Origin: Candidatus Arthromitus sp. SFB-rat-Yit
Lineage (GTDB): Bacteria; Bacillota; Clostridia; Clostridiales; Clostridiaceae
DNA length: 32,000 nucleotides
NCBI RefSeq assembly: GCF_000283555.1
Contig: NC_016012.1
Span: forward strand, 450,001 to 482,000
Reading direction: 5' to 3'
The first letter of the stretch is position 1; each line of letters begins with the position of its first letter. The notes beneath the pieces were generated by a model. The model saw nothing but the letters and a program-made list of their open reading frames with translations, did not search any database and was not told the DNA's origin. A program made the translations under genes and the position numbers. This document shows, piece by piece, positions 18,020 through 25,352 of the stretch.

Positions 18020-18433
18020 ATGAAGAGTAGTAAATTATTACTTAAAATTATAATATTTATTTTGTGCATATTAGTTAGCATAAAATTCCATACAGAATTT
18101 GCTTATGCAAATGACAATTTTAATAAAAATGTTATTAATGTAGATAAAATTGAAAAATATTGGTGGGGATGCAGGAGATATATGAGTAGTGATCAGGTGA
18201 GTAAATTTTCAAATGATTTTGACCTATTAGCAGCTGAATTTAGTTTAATTGGAGGGCTATCTACTCCTATAAGTTTTTTAAATCCATTACTGGGGATTAT
18301 CACAAGTAGCATGTTTGAAATATCGTCATCATATTGTTGGTTATTATCTACATATCTTGCTAAGGTGGATAGAGGTAATGGAATTATTATAGATTTTATA
18401 AATGGATTTATATTTAGAGTGAGGGCTATTTAA
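18020..18433 (+). CDS. small secreted protein of 'YWWG' type (bacteriocin- or toxin-like), function unknown
   Basis: Signal peptide MKSSKLLLKIIIFILCILVSIKFHTEFAYA, then YWWGCRRYMSSDQVSKF, hydrophobic Gly-rich middle, RGNGIIIDFINGF. SD GAGGA favours ATG 18020. Confidence 0.65.
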   Translation: MKSSKLLLKIIIFILCILVSIKFHTEFAYANDNFNKNVINVDKIEKYWWGCRRYMSSDQVSKFSNDFDLLAAEFSLIGGLSTPISFLNPLLGIITSSMFEISSSYCWLLSTYLAKVDRGNGIIIDFINGFIFRVRAI

Positions 18434-18435
18434 AT

Positions 18436-18469
18436 AAAAAGAGGACTAATTAATTTTAGTCCTCTTTTT
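18436..18469. terminator. bidirectional intrinsic terminator
   Basis: AAAAAGAGGACTAA / TTAGTCCTCTTTTT perfect 14-bp arms between convergent genes. Confidence 0.9.
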
Positions 18470-18471
18470 GT

Positions 18472-19236
18472 CTATAAATTTAACATTGAATTCATATTGT
18501 ATATTCCAGCATTTTTTCCAAATAAGTAAAGTGCAGCTTTTATAGCACCTTGTGCAAAAACATCCCGAGATATTGCGGTATGTTTTAATTCTATTATTTC
18601 ATTGTTTCCGCCAAACATAATTTCATGAGATCCAATCATGTTTCCACATCTTATTGAATGAACTCCAACCTCTTTTTTTTCACGTTTCTTTTCACCGAAT
18701 CTACCATGATTAAAATCTACATTTTCATCAAAGTTACTTTTTACAAAATCATTTATTGTATCCATTAACATTATTGCAGTTCCACTCGGTGAATCGAGTT
18801 TTTGATTATGATGTTTTTCAGTTATTTCTATATCATAATCTTTGTAAAGAGATTTGAGTGCTGTTTTTAATAATTTTTGTAGAACATTTATTCCAATACT
18901 CATGTTGTAAGATATAAAAATAGGGATTGTTTTGCTGGCATTATTTATTTTATTTAATTGCTCTTTTGTGTGTCCAGTTGTACAAATTACAATACCTATT
19001 TTTTTATTTAGAGCATAATTTAAAATGCTATCTAGTGAGTTTGGGTGTGAGAAGTCAATTATAATATCAACTTTTTCTTGAACATCATTTATATTAAGAT
19101 AAGTTTTAACATTGCTGTTAATATCTTGTTTTGTATCAACTCCACATACAATTTCTAGGTTATCATAACTTGAACTTAATTTTTCAATTGTTTTTCCCAT
19201 TCGTCCGTTTATACCGTTTAGAAGTATTTTCAACAT
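18472..19236 (-). CDS. dapB: 4-hydroxy-tetrahydrodipicolinate reductase
   Basis: INGINGRMGKTIEK-type N-terminus (ILLNGINGRMGKTI), CTTGH, EKHHNQKLDSPSGTA, HSIRCGNMIGSHEIMF. Confidence 0.95.
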   Translation of the reverse strand: MLKILLNGINGRMGKTIEKLSSSYDNLEIVCGVDTKQDINSNVKTYLNINDVQEKVDIIIDFSHPNSLDSILNYALNKKIGIVICTTGHTKEQLNKINNASKTIPIFISYNMSIGINVLQKLLKTALKSLYKDYDIEITEKHHNQKLDSPSGTAIMLMDTINDFVKSNFDENVDFNHGRFGEKKREKKEVGVHSIRCGNMIGSHEIMFGGNNEIIELKHTAISRDVFAQGAIKAALYLFGKNAGIYNMNSMLNL

Positions 19237-19275
19237 TTTTCCTCCAAAGTTTTTTAAATTTAATTACACAAAAAA

Positions 19276-20154
19276 TTAAAGTAAGTTAATATTCTTCATT
19301 TCATTTTTTAACTTGTCTAAATTGTTTGGATCTATTTCAACTAGAGGTAATCTAAAATTACCTACATTTTTACCAATTAAATTTAATGCAGTTTTTATTG
19401 GGATAGGGTTTGTTTCTATGAAAAGTGAATTTATAAAATTTAAATATTTGAGTTGTAGATCTAAAGATTTTTTAACATTTCCATTTATATACTCATGTGT
19501 TATATCATGAACAATTCTAGGAAGTATATTTCCTAAAACTGTGACTGTGCCTTTTCCACCAATACTCATAAATGGAACGATTTGATCATCATTTCCAGAA
19601 TATAAATCGATATTAGGACAAAGTTTTCTATAGAGTATAGCTTGACTTAAATTTCCAGATGCTTCTTTAATTGAAGTAATATTTTTAAGCTTAGAAAGTT
19701 CAAATAACATTTCAGGAGATATATTCATTCCAGTTCTTGAGGGAACATTGTATGCCATAATCGGTAAATCTACTTGATCATTTATAGTCTTAAAATGTTC
19801 GAATAACCCATTTTTAGAAGTTTTGTTATAGTATGGTGTTATAACTAAAAGTCCATCAGCTCCAACCTCTTTTGAAAATTTAGAAAGTTCAAGACTTTTT
19901 TTAGTATTATTTGTTCCTACTCCAGCAATTATTGGAATTTTTTTGTTTACAATCTCAACAGTCGTTTTTATTAATTCTTTTTTTTCGTTATCAGTTAAGG
20001 TAGAACCTTCCCCAGTAGTTCCACAAATTATAATTGCATCTGTGTTATTTTGAATATGCCAAATCAAAAGCTCTTCTAATTTATCTAAATTAATATCACC
20101 ATTTTCTTTAAAAGGCGTAACAATTGCAACACCTGAACCAATAAATAAACTCAT
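19276..20154 (-). CDS. dapA: 4-hydroxy-tetrahydrodipicolinate synthase
   Basis: GSGVAIVTPF, CGTTGEGSTLT, YYNKTSKNGLFEHF, YNVPSRTG, IKEASG, YSGNDD. Confidence 0.97.
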   Translation of the reverse strand: MSLFIGSGVAIVTPFKENGDINLDKLEELLIWHIQNNTDAIIICGTTGEGSTLTDNEKKELIKTTVEIVNKKIPIIAGVGTNNTKKSLELSKFSKEVGADGLLVITPYYNKTSKNGLFEHFKTINDQVDLPIMAYNVPSRTGMNISPEMLFELSKLKNITSIKEASGNLSQAILYRKLCPNIDLYSGNDDQIVPFMSIGGKGTVTVLGNILPRIVHDITHEYINGNVKKSLDLQLKYLNFINSLFIETNPIPIKTALNLIGKNVGNFRLPLVEIDPNNLDKLKNEMKNINLL

Positions 20155-20159
20155 AAATG

Positions 20160-21152
20160 TTATTCTCCTTTATTATTTAAAATATATTCTGCTATCTGAA
20201 CTGCATTTAATGCAGCTCCTTTTAAAATGTTATCAGCAACAACCCATATATTTATTGCTTTATCGCAAGACTCGTCAAGTCTAATACGTCCAACAAATAC
20301 GTCATCTTTTCCAGAAATATATCTTGGCATTGGATATTTATTTTGTTTAATGTCATCCATTAATGTAATACCTTTAAAATTTTTAAGTTCATTGAAAATA
20401 TCATTTAGTGTGAAGTTGTTCTCAAATTCTATATTTATGCTTTCACTGTGAGAATTTTCAATAGGAACTCTTACACAAGTGGCAGTTATTTTAAGAGAAT
20501 CATCTTTTAATATTTTTTTAGTTTCATTTATCATTTTCATTTCCTCTTTTGTATAACCATTGTCAGTAAATACATCAATTTGAGGAATTAGATTTCCTTT
20601 TATTAAATATTGAAATTTGTTTAGATTTGATTCAACATCTATATCTAAATCTTTAATACCAAAGTTACCAGCACCAGAAACTGCTTGATAAGTTGAATAA
20701 ATTATTCTTTTAATTTTAAATTTATCATGGAGTGGTTTAAGGGCTATAACAGCTTGTATAGTTGAACAATTTGGATTTGCGATAATTCCATTATTTTTTA
20801 AAGCTTCTTCTCCATTAACTTCAGGAACTACAAGAGGGATGTTTTTATCCATTCTGAACGCACTAGAATTATCAATTACAAGAGCATTTTTTTCTGAAAA
20901 TAGAGGAGAAAATTTAAGGCTTGTATCACTACCAGCAGAGAAGAATGCAAAATCTATATCATTTTTAATATTATCTTCTTTTAATTCAATAACCTCATAG
21001 TCTTTATTTTTAAAATTAAGCTTATATCCTAAAGATTTTTTGGAAGCGTATAGATAAATATTTTTAATAGGAAAGTTTCTTTCTTCTAGTACTTTAAGAA
21101 ATGTTCTTCCTATTTTACCTGTTGCACCAACAACAGCTACATTATATCTCAT
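20160..21152 (-). CDS. asd: aspartate-semialdehyde dehydrogenase
   Basis: VAVVGATGKIGRTFLKVLEER, FFSAGSDTS, VIDNSSAFRMDKNIPLVVPEVNG, IIANPNCSTIQ, TYQAVSGAG. Confidence 0.97.
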   Translation of the reverse strand: MRYNVAVVGATGKIGRTFLKVLEERNFPIKNIYLYASKKSLGYKLNFKNKDYEVIELKEDNIKNDIDFAFFSAGSDTSLKFSPLFSEKNALVIDNSSAFRMDKNIPLVVPEVNGEEALKNNGIIANPNCSTIQAVIALKPLHDKFKIKRIIYSTYQAVSGAGNFGIKDLDIDVESNLNKFQYLIKGNLIPQIDVFTDNGYTKEEMKMINETKKILKDDSLKITATCVRVPIENSHSESINIEFENNFTLNDIFNELKNFKGITLMDDIKQNKYPMPRYISGKDDVFVGRIRLDESCDKAINIWVVADNILKGAALNAVQIAEYILNNKGE

Positions 21153-21302
21153 ATAAATAACCTCCAGATTCTAAAATATAGTATTTATTATATTATAAAT
21201 GAATTTAATAATCAAAAGTAATAAAAGTATATTTGAAATAGGTTATGGTTAAACTGTCACTATAATAAATAATATACTTTTCTTTTCAAGAGGTGAATTA
21301 TT

Positions 21303-21563
21303 ATAAGTAATAGCAGTTCTCTAAAAAGGATAATAAAGCAAAAGTTAAAATCAAATAAAAAATTAACTGAATTAGAGCAGTTGAGAGAAAATTTAAAATA
21401 TGAAATAGCTGAAGAACTTGGATTAAAAGATAAAGTTGATAAATATGGTTGGAGTGGTCTTACGGCCAGTGAAACAGGAAAAATTGGTGGAATAATGACA
21501 AAGAGAAAGAAAGAGTTGAACGTTCCAAAGAATTCAGATATATTAAATAATTCAAAAGGATGA
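21303..21563 (+). CDS. alpha/beta-type small acid-soluble spore protein (probable non-ATG start at 21303; ORF track shows only 21381-21563)
   Basis: NLKYEIAEELGLKDKVDKYGWSGLTASETGKIGGIMTKRKKEL with GPR-cleavage-like EIAEE; same frame open upstream to ATA 21303, 9 nt after SD GAGG (21290-21293). Confidence 0.8.
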   Translation: MSNSSSLKRIIKQKLKSNKKLTELEQLRENLKYEIAEELGLKDKVDKYGWSGLTASETGKIGGIMTKRKKELNVPKNSDILNNSKG

Positions 21564-21590
21564 ATTTTTAAAAATATAAAATTTTAGTTA

Positions 21591-21619
21591 TTGACATTTA
21601 TGAATTAATTATGCATAAT
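21591..21619 (+). promoter_or_regulatory. sigma-A promoter of tRNA-Phe
   Basis: TTGACA (21591-21596), 17-nt spacer, CATAAT (21614-21619). Confidence 0.8.
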
Positions 21620-21653
21620 AATACCTGTAGTTTACATTTGATATATTTGATTT

Positions 21654-21729
<76 letters not shown>

Positions 21730-21732
21730 AAT

Positions 21733-21771
21733 ATTTAAGGCAGTGCTTTTGCACTGCCTTAAATCTTTTTT
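21733..21771 (+). terminator. strong intrinsic terminator of tRNA-Phe; overlaps the stop codon of convergent dxr
   Basis: ATTTAAGGCAGTGC (21733-21746) TTTT GCACTGCCTTAAAT (21751-21764), perfect 14-bp stem, then T-run. Confidence 0.9.
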
Positions 21772-22910
21772 GATTCTTCATAAACAAATGATTTAACTTC
21801 TTTATCTAATTGGATAATTGTATTTAAATCTGGATTTTCTATAATCGTATAGTTAGATAAAGATTTTTCAATTAGAAGTTCTATATCTAAGAATGAGATT
21901 TTTTTATTTAAAAATAGTCTAACAGCTTCTTCATTTGAAGAATTAAATATTGTTGTTGCAGTACCGCCAAGTTTTCCAGCTTCAAATGCCATTTTTACAC
22001 AAGGATATCTTTCAAAATCCAATTTAGAAAAATTTAGTGATGATATTTCTTCAAAGTTTAATGCTTTGAAGTCTTTGTTTTGTATTCTATCAGGATATGT
22101 TAAAGCGTACTGAATAGGAACTCTCATATCCGGAGTTCCAAGTTGAGCTATTATAGTAGAATCATCGAATTCAACCATCGAATGTATAATGCTTTCACGA
22201 TGAAGGATAACCTTTATGTTCTGATAATCTACATTGAATAAAAAATGTGTTTCGATTATTTCAAGTCCTTTGTTTGCCATTGTTGCAGAATCTATTGTTA
22301 TTTTTGCACCCATTGACCAATTTGGGTGTTTTAATGCATCTTCAATACTAACATTTTTAAGTTCATCTCTTGTTTTATCTCTAAAACTTCCACCAGATGC
22401 CGTTAAAATTAAGTTTTTTATACTTTTATGGTTTTCACCGTTTAAGGCTTGGAATATGGCGGAATGTTCACTATCGATTGGTATGAGATCCACATTGTAT
22501 TCTTCAACTTTTTGATTTATTATGTGACCTGCTGTAACAAGAGTTTCCTTATTTGCGAGAGCTATATTTTTATGGGATTCTATAGCGTGTATAGTTGGTA
22601 AGAGTCCTATATTTCCAACTAGACCGTTTATGATAATATTTGATTTGTTAAATGTTGCAATTTCTAACAATCCATCATTTCCGTATGTGAATTTTATAGT
22701 TGGATACTCCGCACGCATACGTTCAAAATCATTTTTATTTTTTAAACATACAAGTTCAGGAGAAAAATGTTTTAAGATTTTTCTAAGTTCCGCTATATTT
22801 TCTCCTATAGAAATTGAATTTAGTTTAAATTTATGTGGATTGTTTTTTATAACGTCAAGAGATTGTATTCCAATAGATCCTGTTGCTCCTAGAATAGAAA
22901 TATTTTTCAT
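21759..22910 (-). CDS. dxr: 1-deoxy-D-xylulose 5-phosphate reductoisomerase
   Basis: ISILGATGSIGIQSLDVI, ALANKETLVTAG, PIDSEHSAIFQ, LTASGGSFRDK, DALKHPNWSMGAKITIDSATMANKGLE. Confidence 0.98.
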   Translation of the reverse strand: MKNISILGATGSIGIQSLDVIKNNPHKFKLNSISIGENIAELRKILKHFSPELVCLKNKNDFERMRAEYPTIKFTYGNDGLLEIATFNKSNIIINGLVGNIGLLPTIHAIESHKNIALANKETLVTAGHIINQKVEEYNVDLIPIDSEHSAIFQALNGENHKSIKNLILTASGGSFRDKTRDELKNVSIEDALKHPNWSMGAKITIDSATMANKGLEIIETHFLFNVDYQNIKVILHRESIIHSMVEFDDSTIIAQLGTPDMRVPIQYALTYPDRIQNKDFKALNFEEISSLNFSKLDFERYPCVKMAFEAGKLGGTATTIFNSSNEEAVRLFLNKKISFLDIELLIEKSLSNYTIIENPDLNTIIQLDKEVKSFVYEESKKI

Positions 22911-22931
22911 TATGTAAAATCCCCTTTTAAA

Positions 22932-24761
22932 TTAATGTATGTATGTAAGTGCTTTTATTTTGTCTATCATAAATTCTGTATTAAGACCAGAAATTTTTCT
23001 TAGATTATCAGTATCTCCTTGATGAAAGAAGTTATCTTCAATTCCAAATACTTCAATATCATTTTTGTATTTGTGTTTGATTGCAAATTCACAAATACCT
23101 GATCCAAATCCTCCTATTTTGCAAGCTTCTTCTATTGTTACAATAGGCATATTTGATTTAAATATTTTGTGAAGCATATCTTCATCCATAGGTTTTATAA
23201 AACGAGCATTTACAATTTTTATGCTTATATCTTTTGTCTTAAAAAAATCATATATATCATGTGCAACTTTGAGCATTGGTCCAAATGTTAAAATAGTTAG
23301 ATCATTCCCCTCTTTTTCAACTGTCCATGAGCCAAACTCGATATTTTTAAAGTGAGGAACATGAGTTAAATTGGAGTATCCTCTAGGGTATCTATAAGAT
23401 ATGATTCCTTTATTTTCGTAATTATAAAGACAATTATATAAAAGGTGTTGAGCCTCTATTTGATCTTTTGGCATGACTATTGATATATTTGGTATTGGTC
23501 TAAGAAAACTAATGTCATATATACCGTGATGGGTGTCACCATCACCTGTTGCGAATCCGCATTTATCTACTGCGATTAATAAATTTATGTTTTGTCTTGC
23601 TATATCGTGTATAACTTGATCGTATGCACGTTGTAAGAATGTTGAATATACAAAAAATATTGGTTTAAGATTTGATAAAGCTAATGCACCAGAAAATGTT
23701 GCTGCATGCTGTTCTGCTATTCCTACATCGAAAGTTCTATCAGGAAATTTATTTTTAAAGAACTCTAGTTTAGAACCTTTTGTCATTGCAGGAGAAATGC
23801 AAACTATATTTTTATCTTTTTTCGCAAGACGTTCAACAGTTTCTGATACAATAGATCCCCAAGCTCTATGATTTTGATTTTTGGATTTAATCTTGAGTCC
23901 AGTAGATTTATCAAAAGGACCAATTCCATGCCACGATCCTATATTGTCATTTTCAGCTGTATGAAGTCCCTTACCTTTTTTTGTAATTATGTGAAGAACA
24001 GATGGTCTTGAAATATTTTTAATTTTATTTAGAGCATCTATTAAACTTTTGATATTGTGGCCATCTATAGGTCCTGAATAATTTAAATTTATACTTTGAA
24101 AAAATTGTTTCATTGAAAAATTTATTGATTCATTTTTTTTGAGATTTGATATGCATGAAGACGATTCATATATGTTTGTATTATTATTTTTGGGCATTAG
24201 TGCACAAATATTTTTTGAAATAGACATTTGATTATCATTTAATATAATCAAAAGTTTTTTTTGCTCGTATCCAATATTATTTAGAGCCTCAAGAGCCATT
24301 CCACCAGTTAATGCACCATCACCTATAACGGAAATTATATTTTCCGATGTTTTTTTAAAATCTCTACTAACTGCAAGTGCTAAGGCAGCAGATAAAGATG
24401 TAGAACTATGACCTGTTTCCCAAATATCAAAATTGCTTTCACATCTCCTTGGAAATCCCGAAAGTCCATTAAATTTTCTCAGAGAGTCAAAAAATTTTGC
24501 TCTACCTGTAAGGATTTTATGAGTATAGCATTGATGACCAACATCAAAAATTAACTTATCTTTTTCAAAATCAAAAATATAATGTAGTGCTATTGTTAGT
24601 TCTATAACTCCAAGATTTGAAGAAACATGTCCACCTGTATGACTTAAAGATTCAATTAAAAAATCCCTTATTTGTTCAGAAAGTAAGTAAAGTTTATCAA
24701 TTGAAAGATTCTTCAAAAAACTTGGATTATCTATTCTATATAAATGATCAAAATTTTTCAT
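22932..24761 (-). CDS. dxs: 1-deoxy-D-xylulose-5-phosphate synthase
   Basis: GGHVSSNLGVIELTIALHYIF, DVGHQCYTHKILTGR, VIGDGALTGGMALEALNN, VGIAEQHAATFSGALA, GGFGSG. Confidence 0.97.
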   Translation of the reverse strand: MKNFDHLYRIDNPSFLKNLSIDKLYLLSEQIRDFLIESLSHTGGHVSSNLGVIELTIALHYIFDFEKDKLIFDVGHQCYTHKILTGRAKFFDSLRKFNGLSGFPRRCESNFDIWETGHSSTSLSAALALAVSRDFKKTSENIISVIGDGALTGGMALEALNNIGYEQKKLLIILNDNQMSISKNICALMPKNNNTNIYESSSCISNLKKNESINFSMKQFFQSINLNYSGPIDGHNIKSLIDALNKIKNISRPSVLHIITKKGKGLHTAENDNIGSWHGIGPFDKSTGLKIKSKNQNHRAWGSIVSETVERLAKKDKNIVCISPAMTKGSKLEFFKNKFPDRTFDVGIAEQHAATFSGALALSNLKPIFFVYSTFLQRAYDQVIHDIARQNINLLIAVDKCGFATGDGDTHHGIYDISFLRPIPNISIVMPKDQIEAQHLLYNCLYNYENKGIISYRYPRGYSNLTHVPHFKNIEFGSWTVEKEGNDLTILTFGPMLKVAHDIYDFFKTKDISIKIVNARFIKPMDEDMLHKIFKSNMPIVTIEEACKIGGFGSGICEFAIKHKYKNDIEVFGIEDNFFHQGDTDNLRKISGLNTEFMIDKIKALTYIH

Positions 24762-24905
24762 TTTTTTCCCATCCTAAAATGTTTTTTAAATCAAAAGGAT
24801 ATTTAATTATAACATTAAAACAATAATTAAAAAATCAAAATTGAGTTATTTATTTTTAAATTTAATTTAAAACATTAGGATTATAGAAGTAAAGATAAGA
24901 TAAAA

Positions 24906-25151
24906 CTAATCATTTTTAATAGTAATTTTATTTTTTTTACTATTTTTTGAATTGTTTAATAAAAGTATTCTATTTACTGATGATTGGCTGTAAGAGTTTA
25001 AGACTGCTTTATTAGGCAAGTTAGTGAGTGGTATAGTTATACTTACATCTCCGTTTACATCTAATGGAACCTTTATCATAGAATTTACAGACAAGTAGGA
25101 TGGCAGGGTTAAATAAGAAATTAGTGCAGTACCTAATAATACTTTTTTCAT
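24906..25151 (-). CDS. small secreted hypothetical protein, 81 aa
   Basis: N-terminal signal-like MKKVLLGTALISYLTLPSYLSVNS with a good SD (ggagg) upstream; no recognised domain. Confidence 0.5.
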   Translation of the reverse strand: MKKVLLGTALISYLTLPSYLSVNSMIKVPLDVNGDVSITIPLTNLPNKAVLNSYSQSSVNRILLLNNSKNSKKNKITIKND

Positions 25152-25352
25152 TCAATATCCTCCAAAGTTAATATTAAGTTAAAAATATTCAATAAATATT
25201 AATAAATTATACTATAAATATTTATTGAATAAAATACAAATTTTAGATACAAATTTTTATAATTTGAATATCTTAGTTTTTTATAGAAAGTATAATAAAA
25301 ATTTTTAAAACTGAGAAAACTTACTATTAGTAAAATTAAGGAGGAAATTAAT

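Noticed and set aside
19313-19510. Plus-strand ORFs antisense to dapA and asd (19313-19510, 20227-20451)
   Set aside because: Antisense shadows of confident genes
21153-21300. Lysine riboswitch (L-box) upstream of asd-dapA-dapB
   Set aside because: Intergenic region is only about 150 bp, very AT-rich, with no multi-helix conserved core visible
22234-24826. Plus-strand ORFs 22234-22515, 22630-22917 and 24617-24826
   Set aside because: Antisense to dxr/dxs; translations lack SD support and domain features
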